A DNA stretch of 64,000 nucleotides, taken from assembly GCA_050949045.1 (NCBI GenBank), contig JBMNEZ010000001.1, forward strand, positions 160,001 to 224,000, given 5' to 3'. This DNA is from Candidatus Izemoplasmatales bacterium. GTDB taxonomy: Bacteria; Bacillota_I; Bacilli_A; Izemoplasmatales; Hujiaoplasmataceae. Below the pieces are notes generated by a model. The model was given only the letters and a program-made list of their open reading frames with translations, did not search any database and was not told where the DNA came from. Position numbers and translations under genes: made by a program. Below are positions 38,758-48,651 of the stretch, piece by piece. Every line of letters starts with the position of its first letter. The first letter of the stretch is position 1.

Positions 38758-40647
38758 ATGAATACGATAAAGAAAATCTTCAAGTCCTTCACCGAAATGA
38801 TCAAGCGGTTGTTTGTACCGCAAAAGAGCATTCGTAGCATTCTTGAAGAAGAATCAATGTCAAGCCCGGGGAAAATGGTCGCTAAAAAGTTTATCCGCAA
38901 CAAGTTGGCTATCATCGGCATCATTGGTTTTCTGTTTATGCTCTTTTTCACTTTTGGCTTATCATCATTTATTCCTCTTGATCTATTTAGATCAAATGCC
39001 CATCATGCCAATTTGCCACCCAACTATAGTTACTTGAAATTTCCGAAACAGTTGCAAAAAGAGGGTGTTGTTCAAATTGAATCTGGAGTTGCTTTTTCAA
39101 TCGGTTTGTCCGCAGAAGGAAATGTCTTTATTTGGGGATCGAATATCGAAAACATTAAAGAAATTCCTAAAGCTGTTATGAATGCCAATATTGTTTTCAT
39201 TTCTGCGGGCACTAGACATGCTATGGCTGTCGACGACCAAGGCAACGTCTATCTTTGGGGAAAAAATCATATGCAACAAGCACAAATGGACCCTCGCTAT
39301 GCTGAGGCCATCGAAGCTGATCCGCTCATCTACCTTGAAGGTGGTTATGACCGGACTATCGGGATCACTGAATCTGGTTCTACATACATTTGGGGTGTTG
39401 GAACAAAGATTACCGGACAGCCTCTATTGAGATCTCCCTATACCTATAAAGATGATGAAGAGAATGTAATTAAAGCTGTTCAAGCTGTGGCAAACAATAC
39501 CAATATGATAGTCTTGCTTGAAGACGGAACCATTAGGATTGAAGGGTCAAACAGCGATATTAAACGAAAATTTCCAAAAAGTTTAACTGATGGGACTATA
39601 TCAGTTACCAAAGTAGCAATTACTTATGAAAATGCATTTGCGATTGATGACCAAGGCAATCTCTATGCTTGGGGAAGTTCAAATCGTGATTTGATCAACG
39701 TTGAAAACAACCAAGGCCAGGTCATCAAGTACATCCCTGATGAGGCTATGACCAATGTTGTCGATATCCAAACCGGTTATGAACATGCAGTCGTCTTAAC
39801 TAATGATGGTAAAGTATATGCTTGGGGCAGCAATGCCTTGCAGCAATTGAAAGTACCGAAAATGGAGAATGTTGACACCATCTTTGTGGATGCTTATCAA
39901 AACTATGCAGTCATCGACGGTAAGATTGAAACATGGGGTTTAAAGGGCTTCTTGCTTGGGACTGACGAAGCTGGTCGCGACTTTATCGTTCAATTGATCC
40001 ATGGTGGCAAAGTCACTATGACAGTTGGTTTTGTAGCGGTCATCATATCAGTTATTATTGGTACCGTTGTTGGATTGACCGCAGGTTATGCTGGAGGGAA
40101 ACTAGATAATATTTTGATGCGTTTTGCAGAAATCGTTTCATCATTTCCTTTCCTGCCTTTTGCGATTACGCTTTCGGCATTGCTGCTTGAATCGGCAACT
40201 ACGGAAATCCAGAGGATCATAATGATTATGATTGTCTTGGGCGTTCTCAGTTGGCCGGGTTTGGCGCGGCTCATCCGTGGTCAAATTCTGTCTGAACGAG
40301 AATGTGATTATGTATTGGCCGCAAGAGCACTTGGCATTAAGAATAAGCACATCATTTGGAGACACATTTTTCCAGCGGTTACTAGTATCGTGCTTGTCAA
40401 CCTCACGCTGGGATATGCGGGTTCGCTACTTACTGAAGCCGGTCTTTCCTTTCTTGGATTTGGCGTTCAGAAGCCGAGTCCATCGTGGGGAAATATATTG
40501 ACCGTCGCCCAAGACGCCAACGTTTTCAAATTCTATTGGTGGCGTTGGGTTCTTCCGGGAGTCTGCATCATTGTCACTGCCTTGAGTGTTAACTTGATCG
40601 GCGACGCACTTCGGGATGCTATGGACCCGAAGAATAACGAAAGGTAG
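38758..40647 (+). CDS. oppC: Oligopeptide ABC permease with an inserted RCC1-like beta-propeller
   Basis: OppC_N (FIRNKLA); repeated GxVYxWG units; then LGTDEAGRD, EAGLSFLGFG and GDALRDAMDP. Confidence 0.9.
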   Translation: MNTIKKIFKSFTEMIKRLFVPQKSIRSILEEESMSSPGKMVAKKFIRNKLAIIGIIGFLFMLFFTFGLSSFIPLDLFRSNAHHANLPPNYSYLKFPKQLQKEGVVQIESGVAFSIGLSAEGNVFIWGSNIENIKEIPKAVMNANIVFISAGTRHAMAVDDQGNVYLWGKNHMQQAQMDPRYAEAIEADPLIYLEGGYDRTIGITESGSTYIWGVGTKITGQPLLRSPYTYKDDEENVIKAVQAVANNTNMIVLLEDGTIRIEGSNSDIKRKFPKSLTDGTISVTKVAITYENAFAIDDQGNLYAWGSSNRDLINVENNQGQVIKYIPDEAMTNVVDIQTGYEHAVVLTNDGKVYAWGSNALQQLKVPKMENVDTIFVDAYQNYAVIDGKIETWGLKGFLLGTDEAGRDFIVQLIHGGKVTMTVGFVAVIISVIIGTVVGLTAGYAGGKLDNILMRFAEIVSSFPFLPFAITLSALLLESATTEIQRIIMIMIVLGVLSWPGLARLIRGQILSERECDYVLAARALGIKNKHIIWRHIFPAVTSIVLVNLTLGYAGSLLTEAGLSFLGFGVQKPSPSWGNILTVAQDANVFKFYWWRWVLPGVCIIVTALSVNLIGDALRDAMDPKNNER

Positions 40648-40657
40648 GTATTGTCAA

Positions 40658-41662
40658 ATGAGCCTACTGGAAATTAAGAATCTTCACACATATTTCACAA
40701 CCAGACGGGGATTGATCAAAGCCGCCTATGGTGTTTCTTTGAAAGTTGAAGAAGGTCAGACCCTTGGCATTGTCGGTGAATCCGGCAGCGGCAAGAGCGT
40801 TACTGCTATGAGTATTCTGAAACTATTCGAGAAAAACCAGAAGATCCATGAAGGAGAAATCTGGTTCCAAGGAGAGAAAATCTCCGATTTTAACGATGCG
40901 GAACTAAGAAAGATTCGCGGCAACAAAATTTCCGTCATATTCCAAGAACCGATGACCAGCTTGAACCCGGTTTTGACCGTGAAAAAGCAGCTTTTCGAAG
41001 TATTGATGCTTCACCAAAATTTAAATAAAGAACAAGCATATAAACGGGTGCTCGATTTGCTGGCTGAAGTCGGCATTTCTAACCCTGACAAGATTGCCAA
41101 TGCTTATTCATTCCAACTTTCAGGAGGCATGAGCCAAAGAGTAATGATTGCTATGGCTCTCGCTTGCCGGCCGAAGTTGCTGATTGCCGACGAACCCACA
41201 ACTGCGCTTGATGTCACCATTCAAGCTCAGATTTTGAAATTGATGAACGATCTGAAACGAGAGTTGGGAACGTCGATCATTTTTGTTACCCACGACCTTG
41301 GCGTTATCAACGAAATGGCCGATGTCGTTGTCGTCATGTATTGCGGACAAGTGGTTGAAAGTACTTCTGCGAATGTCATTTTTGCGCAAAAGTCAGATTA
41401 CATGCATCCTTATACTGAAGGCTTGATGCTTTCTATTCCTAGATTGTCTGACAAGAAAGGCAGAAAGCTTGAGGTTATTCCTGGCGCTGTCCCTCACCCA
41501 CTCGATTTGCCGGTTGGCTGTAAGTTCGCACCGAGATGCAAATATGCTACGGAAAAGTGCAAACATGAGGATCCAGAATATCTTGAGGTGGAACCGAATC
41601 ATTTCGTTCGTTGTTTCTATCCGAGAAATGAGGTGCGACGCAGTGGCAAACACAACAAATAG
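40658..41662 (+). CDS. oppD: Oligopeptide ABC ATPase
   Basis: [27 protein letters not shown] and C-terminal CKFAPRC. Confidence 0.94.
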   Translation: MSLLEIKNLHTYFTTRRGLIKAAYGVSLKVEEGQTLGIVGESGSGKSVTAMSILKLFEKNQKIHEGEIWFQGEKISDFNDAELRKIRGNKISVIFQEPMTSLNPVLTVKKQLFEVLMLHQNLNKEQAYKRVLDLLAEVGISNPDKIANAYSFQLSGGMSQRVMIAMALACRPKLLIADEPTTALDVTIQAQILKLMNDLKRELGTSIIFVTHDLGVINEMADVVVVMYCGQVVESTSANVIFAQKSDYMHPYTEGLMLSIPRLSDKKGRKLEVIPGAVPHPLDLPVGCKFAPRCKYATEKCKHEDPEYLEVEPNHFVRCFYPRNEVRRSGKHNK

Positions 41663-43205
41663 AGCCCCCTTGATTCAAGTCAAGGAGTTAAAAAAGTACT
41701 TTCCCCTCAAGAAAAATACTTTTCTTGATCGCAAACAAATCTACGTCAGAGCTGTTGAGGACGTCAATATCACCCTTTTTGAAGGTGAAACATTCGGATT
41801 AGTTGGAGAGAGTGGTTGTGGTAAATCAACTCTTGGTCGGATTATCCTCCAACTCTATGAGCCAACAAGCGGTAGTGTTGCCTATTACGGTTCTATTTTT
41901 AAAACGATGACACTTGACTACATCGTCAAAGAAATTAAGATGCTTTCAGAGTACCAAGAAAAGGCTAAAAAGTGCTACTATCAAGGAACTATGATTGATG
42001 AACAAGCCGCCAATTGTCAAAAAGAGATGGATTCGATTCTGACCGCGTGCTCTGGGCTTGAGAAAGGTTGCAAAGAAGAAAAAATCGGGCAGAAAAATTA
42101 TGAACGCTTAAGCAAACGACTTGCCAGACTACAAACAAAAGCGCTTGCGAAGAAAAAACAATCATCAAGATACTTGCGCCAAGGATCGCGGATGATAGGC
42201 AGTTTGATTTTATCGAGCAAACTTAATGAGATTGTCGAATTGTTGCTCAAGGCTGTTGGGAAAGTCAAGCATAATCGGGATATCATCTTGGCTCTTGGAG
42301 ACAGTTATCCTGAATACTTTACCGAGGATCTTGTTGATTTGTTCGACAAGATCAAGAGTTATCGTGACAAAGATTATCTGCCCATCATCGCGCCGGCTCT
42401 TAGTGAAAATTTTCAAGCATCGCTGGATTATTACCGCGAATCAGGAATCATGCTCCAACTTCTTGACAAAGAAGAGATGCGCCAACTCCGGAGAAAACTG
42501 CAGATCATTTTCCAAGATCCGTATTCTTCACTTGATACTAGGATGACAGTTGGTCAGATAATCGGTGAAGCTGTGGTGGAACATGGCCTTTACAAAAAAG
42601 GTTCGAAAGAACTCGAGGATTATGTTATCGAGACTATGGCAAAGTGTGGCCTTGACCATTATATGTTGCACCGGTTTCCGCACCAGTTCTCCGGCGGACA
42701 GAGACAAAGAATCGGAATTGCGAGAGCCCTTGCGCTCAAACCGGAATTTGTCGTATGTGATGAAGCCGTCAGCGCCCTTGATGTATCGATCCAATCGCAG
42801 ATTATCAATCTCTTGATGGAACTCAAGGCACAGGAAAAACTGACCTACCTTTTCATTTCCCATGATCTGAGTGTTATCAAGCATATCAGTGATCGTATCG
42901 GCGTCATGTATCTTGGAGTGATGGTCGAACTTGGGCAATCCGAAGAAATCTATGACAATCCGCTCCATCCATATACCAAAGCATTAATGTCAGCCATTCC
43001 CACTACCGATGAAATCCAGCCGGAAAGAATCCTTCTCAAAGGTGAAATCCCATCGAATATTTTCCCGCCATCGGGCTGCAAATTCCGAACTAGATGCCCG
43101 CTTGCACGGGAAAGGTGTGCTAAGGAAGTCCCTGTCTACAGAGAAATCAAACCAGGCCACTTTGTTGCTTGTCACTTCTATGAAGAGACGAAGGATATGA
43201 AATAA
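41643..43205 (+). CDS. oppF: Oligopeptide ABC ATPase with a ~180-aa insertion
   Basis: GESGCGKS, FQDPYSSL, FSGGQRQR and CDEAVSALD; GTG start with SD GAGGTG. Confidence 0.92.
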   Translation: MANTTNRAPLIQVKELKKYFPLKKNTFLDRKQIYVRAVEDVNITLFEGETFGLVGESGCGKSTLGRIILQLYEPTSGSVAYYGSIFKTMTLDYIVKEIKMLSEYQEKAKKCYYQGTMIDEQAANCQKEMDSILTACSGLEKGCKEEKIGQKNYERLSKRLARLQTKALAKKKQSSRYLRQGSRMIGSLILSSKLNEIVELLLKAVGKVKHNRDIILALGDSYPEYFTEDLVDLFDKIKSYRDKDYLPIIAPALSENFQASLDYYRESGIMLQLLDKEEMRQLRRKLQIIFQDPYSSLDTRMTVGQIIGEAVVEHGLYKKGSKELEDYVIETMAKCGLDHYMLHRFPHQFSGGQRQRIGIARALALKPEFVVCDEAVSALDVSIQSQIINLLMELKAQEKLTYLFISHDLSVIKHISDRIGVMYLGVMVELGQSEEIYDNPLHPYTKALMSAIPTTDEIQPERILLKGEIPSNIFPPSGCKFRTRCPLARERCAKEVPVYREIKPGHFVACHFYEETKDMK

Positions 43206-43207
43206 CT

Positions 43208-43399
43208 ATGCGCTATCGAGAATCAAGAGAAGAAAGGCAAAAGAAAATCGAACGCGCCAAGGAATTACTCAAGGAAACACCGCCGGAAAAAAACGATGTT
43301 CTGGCGATGATTATTGCGGCGTTCATCGTCTTTCTTCCGGTTCTCATCATAATCCTTGCTTTTCTTATTTTGATAATCGGCTTTCTCTTTTTATGGTAG
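43208..43399 (+). CDS. Small membrane protein at the end of the opp operon
   Basis: Starts 2 nt after the oppF stop; charged N-terminus and hydrophobic C-terminus; terminator follows. Confidence 0.7.
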   Translation: MRYRESREERQKKIERAKELLKETPPEKNDVLAMIIAAFIVFLPVLIIILAFLILIIGFLFLW

Positions 43400-43400
43400 T

Positions 43401-43432
43401 AAAAGGGTGATCAATCGTTCACCCTTTTATTA
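43401..43432 (+). terminator. opp operon terminator
   Basis: AAAAGGGTGA / TCACCCTTTT. Confidence 0.75.
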
Positions 43433-43493
43433 TTTGCAAGCAACTGATATAATTACAGGTAGAATCACCAAATAATTTTTAAAGAGGTAAAAA

Positions 43494-45233
43494 GTGAACA
43501 CATTGACATTTGAACAAAAACTGCTTCGCAGGAATAAATGGTTCTATTCTATCGGTGGAATCGGTAGGGACATGATCTATCAGCTGGTTGCGACTTTTTT
43601 CATCACCTATGTCCAGTTTTCTGGGCTCGGGTTGTCGGCGCTACAATTCACGGTAATCGGCGTCATGCTCGTTATCGGAAGGATCTGGGATGCGGTCAAC
43701 GATCCGATCATGGGAACGATTGTTGAAAACACCCGCTCGCGCTGGGGCAAATTCCGCCCTTGGATCATGATCGGGGCGCTGCTCAGCGGAATCGTCATCA
43801 TTTTTATGTTCAACTTCCGGCCGAGTGGCTGGGCGTTCGTCGCTTTTTTCTTTGTTATCTATCTTTTCTGGGAAGCCTCTTTTACTCTCAATGACATCCC
43901 TTACTGGTCATTGATTCCGGCCTTGTCCAAGAACAAGAAAGACCGGGACATGATCACGACGATGGTCGTTGTCTTCGCAGCCGTCGGCGCTTTCGCCGGC
44001 AATGCAATCATCACATTGACGACAGTCGGTCAGATGGTCAGGGGCTACAGCATTATTTCTTATACTTTTGTCGTGTTTTTCATTGCCTGTACTTGTCTGA
44101 CGGTTTTTGGAGTAAAAGAGCCGAAAGAGAGTTATGAGGAAGAAAAGCAGGAAAAGGTCACGATCAGGAAAATGTTCAAGGTCATCGCTAGGAATGACCA
44201 GTTGTTATGGGCATCGCTGGCCTTGATGCTCTACAGCATCGGTTCGGGCCTGCTGGTTGCGCTGGGCTACAACTTTTTCTGGCTTGAGATCGGCTACAAC
44301 GGTTTCTTGACAATGATTTTTGTCATCAGTTTTGCCGTATCGAACATCGCAGTCCAGAGTTTTTACTCCGTTCTCGCCAAAAAGTTTTCCCGAAAGCAAC
44401 TGGTGAGTGTCAGCTTTATCATTCTTGCTTTCGGCTATTTGATGATGTTTTTGCTGGGGTGGTTTGATTTCTTGCCCGTCAATATCTATACCGCTGTCTT
44501 CTTCGGCTTGTTTGTTTTCGGAGGTCAGGCGATCTTCTATATGGTCGTCGTCGTCAATATGACGAACACAATCGAGTATAACGAGTACAAGACCGGGGAG
44601 CGGAATGAGGCGATCGTCTTTTCTCTGAGGCCGTTTGTGGCCAAATTTTCGAGCGCGCTCCAAGGTTTGATCACAACGCTTGTATTGGTTGTATCCGGTG
44701 TTTATGTGATGAGCCAAAACGTCGGTGCCCTGGAGAGCCAGACAAGCTTGTTCAACGAGATGTCCGCTGTGGAACAAGCCGATTTCGTCGACAGCGTCCA
44801 AAACGATGTGGTAGCTCTAAGCCTTGAGGATTTCAATTTGATGACCGAGGAAAACCAAGCGGTCTATATTGAAACAATCAAACTCGAGATCCCGACATTC
44901 AGAGAAAGCGCGCTCAAAGACGAGGAATTGGTCACGCTTCTTTATGCGATGCAGGATCCGAAGAATGCTGTGTTCTCGTTCAATGATGATCCGAATGATA
45001 AAATCAAAGATGGTTGGAGCATGGAAATTAACAAGGCGGCCGACAGTGTGTTTTTGAACAAGGCGACTTTTCCGATGCGATTTCTGCTTCGGCTTTCGAT
45101 CACTTTGGTCCCGAGTCTCTTGATATTTGGAGCGTTGTGGATCCTCAGAAAAAAATACATTATCACGGAAGAATACTACGAGAAAATAACCGAAGAAGTA
45201 AAAAACAGGAAAAAGAACGAAGGATTCTCCTGA
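43494..45233 (+). CDS. GPH-family (MelB-like) glycoside:cation symporter
   Basis: RIWDAVNDP, TRSRWGKFRPW, DIPYWSL and EYNEYKTGERNE motifs. Confidence 0.92.
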   Translation: MNTLTFEQKLLRRNKWFYSIGGIGRDMIYQLVATFFITYVQFSGLGLSALQFTVIGVMLVIGRIWDAVNDPIMGTIVENTRSRWGKFRPWIMIGALLSGIVIIFMFNFRPSGWAFVAFFFVIYLFWEASFTLNDIPYWSLIPALSKNKKDRDMITTMVVVFAAVGAFAGNAIITLTTVGQMVRGYSIISYTFVVFFIACTCLTVFGVKEPKESYEEEKQEKVTIRKMFKVIARNDQLLWASLALMLYSIGSGLLVALGYNFFWLEIGYNGFLTMIFVISFAVSNIAVQSFYSVLAKKFSRKQLVSVSFIILAFGYLMMFLLGWFDFLPVNIYTAVFFGLFVFGGQAIFYMVVVVNMTNTIEYNEYKTGERNEAIVFSLRPFVAKFSSALQGLITTLVLVVSGVYVMSQNVGALESQTSLFNEMSAVEQADFVDSVQNDVVALSLEDFNLMTEENQAVYIETIKLEIPTFRESALKDEELVTLLYAMQDPKNAVFSFNDDPNDKIKDGWSMEINKAADSVFLNKATFPMRFLLRLSITLVPSLLIFGALWILRKKYIITEEYYEKITEEVKNRKKNEGFS

Positions 45234-45373
45234 TCGACTGTGGGGCGCAATGCTATGGTCGGTAACCTGCCGCTTTCGTGGCGCCAAAACCGCTGAGCAC
45301 TTCGCTTTATTAGCGCTTTCATATATGTTATAATCCTATTGGAATGGAAATGAAATAATAGGAGGAAACAATA

Positions 45374-46051
45374 ATGGAAGAAAGACAAATTGTAAAAATG
45401 CCATTGATCGGTGAAAAGGCACCGGCATTCACTGCCAAGACCACGCAAGGACAAATCAAATTTCCCGAGGATTATTTGGGAAAATGGGTAATTCTCTTTT
45501 CCCACCCGGCCGATTTTACACCTGTTTGCACCACGGAATTCATGACTTTCGCCAGTATGATGGGAGAGTTCAAGGCGTTGAACACCGAACTGATCGGACT
45601 GTCGATCGATTCTCTATACGCCCATATCGCCTGGTTGAGACGAATTCGCGAACTGGAATGGAAAGGCATGAAAAACCTGGAAGTGACATTCCCGTTGATT
45701 GAAGATATCACGATGGAAGTCGCCAACAAGTATGGCATGATCCAACCTGGCCAGTCCACCACTCAAGCGGTTCGCGCTGTATTTGTGATCGACCCCGAAG
45801 GTGTGATCAGGACAATCCTTTACTATCCTCAGTCCTTGGGACGGAACTTTGACGAAATCAAACGGATCATTCTCGCTCTTCAAAAAGCCGACCGCGACCA
45901 TGTGGCCACACCGGCCGACTGGCGTCCCGGTGAAGACACCATTGTGCCGGCAGCCGGTTCTTGCGGAGCCGCTAAAGAGCGGATGGAACAGAAAAAAGAT
46001 GATGTATATTGCCTTGACTGGTTCCTGTGCTTCAAGAAAGAGAAAAAATAA
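45374..46051 (+). CDS. Peroxiredoxin (Prx6 type)
   Basis: HPADFTPVCTTE, GRNFDEI and TPADW motifs. Confidence 0.93.
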   Translation: MEERQIVKMPLIGEKAPAFTAKTTQGQIKFPEDYLGKWVILFSHPADFTPVCTTEFMTFASMMGEFKALNTELIGLSIDSLYAHIAWLRRIRELEWKGMKNLEVTFPLIEDITMEVANKYGMIQPGQSTTQAVRAVFVIDPEGVIRTILYYPQSLGRNFDEIKRIILALQKADRDHVATPADWRPGEDTIVPAAGSCGAAKERMEQKKDDVYCLDWFLCFKKEKK

Positions 46052-46062
46052 CTGTCTAGATC

Positions 46063-46094
46063 AAAAAAGATGTGTGCCAGCACATCTTTTTTTC
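46063..46094. terminator. Bidirectional terminator
   Basis: AAAAAAGATGTG / CACATCTTTTTT between convergent genes. Confidence 0.8.
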
Positions 46095-46097
46095 TGA

Positions 46098-47210
46098 TCA
46101 CGGGATCAGTTTGATTTCCATCATTACCGGATTGTGGTCACTGTACAGAAAATCAAGATCAAGGGTTTCCACGCCAAGGATGTCGATGTTGTCGGAGACG
46201 ATGAACCCGTCGATGACATAGTATTGGTTGTTTTCATGATTATCAGTATCATAGGGTTGATGGAGAAGCCTGCAGGTCGGTGTCGAGACATCGACGCCAA
46301 AGGTAAATCCATTTTCAAGAAACCAGTCTGCATTCATCGGGAAAGCCTCCCAATATTCCGGGTTTTTAAGTGGATATAAATAGTGGTTGGTTTCGTTTTC
46401 GCCATCGATAAGAGCTTGGGGAAATGTTTGGTTGAAGTCGCCGCCGACGATGACATAGTTGCCGGCTTTTGTTTCTGCTTGCATCACTTCCTGCAGATAT
46501 GCCATTTCTTTGAGGCGCATCGAACCGTCGTCATAGGCGGAAAGATGGGCATTGATGATGACGAGATATTTGGATGAGTCCGCTATTGGTAGTTTCGAGA
46601 CGACCAGACATCTTTTGAGGTTCGCCAGATTGACCGGCCAAGCGAAACTTCCGGGCAATTGATGCCTGATCGCAGAATTGACGCGGAAACTGGTGAAACT
46701 GGCGATTCCGGAGTTGACTTCGCCCATCATATGGGAAAAATCGAGCGGGAAGGGAACAAACAGACACCGATAGTTGTATCCGTAAGACGACGGCATTCCT
46801 AAAGCGTCCTTAAAGGCAGAATACTGATTGATATGATAGGAACGGGCGCTGTCTTCGTCGACTTCCTGCAACAAATAAATATCGGCTTCGCTGTCTTCGA
46901 GGATCTGCTTAATGCCGTCAATGTTGGCTTCGACCTCGCTTTTGGTGTCCATCCGCGCTTTGGCACCGCCGTCCATGACAAAATCCTCGGTCTGGCTGAG
47001 TGAAGCATAACCGACATTGAAGGAAAGGATTTTGTATGTGGTATCCAGTTTCAGATGATTTTGGCTTTCATCTGTGAGATTGTCGGTGATCTCGAGTTGC
47101 ACGAGCGGGTCGGGACGGTATTCGAAGATCTGTAATACCAAAATGAAGACAATCACAAACGAGATGGCGGTTAAGATTAACAACATCAAGATTTTGGCGA
47201 TTCGTTTCAT
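46098..47210 (-). CDS. Membrane-anchored endonuclease/exonuclease/phosphatase family protein
   Basis: N-terminal TM; SFNVGY, LLQEVD, NAHL, GGDFN and SDHNPV motifs. Confidence 0.9.
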   Translation of the reverse strand: MKRIAKILMLLILTAISFVIVFILVLQIFEYRPDPLVQLEITDNLTDESQNHLKLDTTYKILSFNVGYASLSQTEDFVMDGGAKARMDTKSEVEANIDGIKQILEDSEADIYLLQEVDEDSARSYHINQYSAFKDALGMPSSYGYNYRCLFVPFPLDFSHMMGEVNSGIASFTSFRVNSAIRHQLPGSFAWPVNLANLKRCLVVSKLPIADSSKYLVIINAHLSAYDDGSMRLKEMAYLQEVMQAETKAGNYVIVGGDFNQTFPQALIDGENETNHYLYPLKNPEYWEAFPMNADWFLENGFTFGVDVSTPTCRLLHQPYDTDNHENNQYYVIDGFIVSDNIDILGVETLDLDFLYSDHNPVMMEIKLIP

Positions 47211-47335
47211 CTTTCTTACCTCTTTTCTTGGATAGTGTAGTTATTGGCAATGGTTTTTTGAGAACGTTTTCTCTTTTTGGGCTCGACTTGATATAATAGA
47301 GACGAATGATAATATGTTATCGGGAGGTGAATTCA

Positions 47336-48061
47336 TTGAGTTATATGTTTCTGGCGATGACTGTCGTGATCACGGCGATGTTCATCTTTGTGGAAATGAA
47401 GGAATCCTCATTGTTCTCACTGTTTTTCAAAGCCTTGGCAAGCTTCAGTTTCATCTTGTTGTATTCAATCGTCATCAGCGAGAAGACTGTCCAAGCTGCT
47501 TCTCCTTATTATATTGGCGAGAATTTCATCAGTTTTATGGGGACCGGATCCTTGATTTTCATAGGGCTCGTTGCCGGTTTGATAGGTGATCTTTTGTTGG
47601 GACTCAGGCCGTTATTGCCTCAGGAAGACAACAATGCGATTATCACTTCCGGGATCGTCAGTTTCTCGGTCGGACATATCTTCTACTATTTCGCATTGTT
47701 GAGCATGGACAGATTCAGCGTGTATCCATTGATTATCGGAATCGCAGGTGCTGTGATTATCTATTTCAGCGCCAAATTTTTAGGCATAAAATTGGATAAG
47801 CTTAAAGTCCCGTCACTCATCTATTCGTTTATCATTTTTGTCGTTTTTGGACAGGCGCTGTTCAACGCCATCCATCTTGGCTTCACGCTGACTTCGTTAC
47901 TGTTTTTTGTCGGGACGATTTTGTTTATTGTGTCCGATCTGATTTTGTCGCAGATCTACTTTAGAGAAGGCACCAAAAGGGTGATGGTGATCTACAATCT
48001 TGCCACCTACTATGCCGCACAAATCCTGATCGGCTTTTCTATTCTATATCTTACGATCTGA
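47336..48061 (+). CDS. YhhN / lysoplasmalogenase-family membrane protein
   Basis: GLIGDLLL, FSVGHIFY, LFIVSDLIL and YYAAQ motifs; TTG start with SD GGAGGTG. Confidence 0.82.
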   Translation: MSYMFLAMTVVITAMFIFVEMKESSLFSLFFKALASFSFILLYSIVISEKTVQAASPYYIGENFISFMGTGSLIFIGLVAGLIGDLLLGLRPLLPQEDNNAIITSGIVSFSVGHIFYYFALLSMDRFSVYPLIIGIAGAVIIYFSAKFLGIKLDKLKVPSLIYSFIIFVVFGQALFNAIHLGFTLTSLLFFVGTILFIVSDLILSQIYFREGTKRVMVIYNLATYYAAQILIGFSILYLTI

Positions 48062-48304
48062 TTATTGCATATGGTTTCTTTATTACCATTATATCTGAAA
48101 CCGCTTATCATTGATAACGAATACTTTATTTTTATTGCGGGTGATGACATAATTCTCGCCGGTCAATGGGTGTGAATCGGGTCCAGGCCTCTTTTTCACC
48201 GATATTCAATTTTCATGTAAGTCCTATTATCAGTTTTTTGCCGTTGTGTTTTATGATTTCCCAGTATATAATCTATTATTATTATGCGGAGGCAGAAAAG
48301 CAAA

Positions 48305-48640
48305 ATGAAACTAGTTGTGTATGTCATGAATGATGTTAGCCTGCTTGATGATTTCTTGCGTCAACTGAACGATAACAATGTCAAAGGAGCGACCATTATC
48401 AAGAGTTCGGGAATGGCGAGAAAGTTGTTTGAGAGTGACGATATGAAATTCATCGGCACTCTTAAAGCGCTGTTTGACAGCCCTCGGGTCGAGTCGAATG
48501 TAATTTTGATGGTTTTACCGGACAACTTGGTTGATACCGTATATAGAGTCATCGAGAATGTGGTTGGCGATTTGAGCAAACCCAATTCGGGGATTGCGTT
48601 CACTCTGCCGATTGAAAATGTGAAAGGCTATAAGTCATAG
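48305..48640 (+). CDS. PII-like protein
   Basis: GATIIKSSGM and VGDLSKPNSGIAFTLP motifs. Confidence 0.75.
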   Translation: MKLVVYVMNDVSLLDDFLRQLNDNNVKGATIIKSSGMARKLFESDDMKFIGTLKALFDSPRVESNVILMVLPDNLVDTVYRVIENVVGDLSKPNSGIAFTLPIENVKGYKS

Positions 48641-48651
48641 GTGAGGATTCG

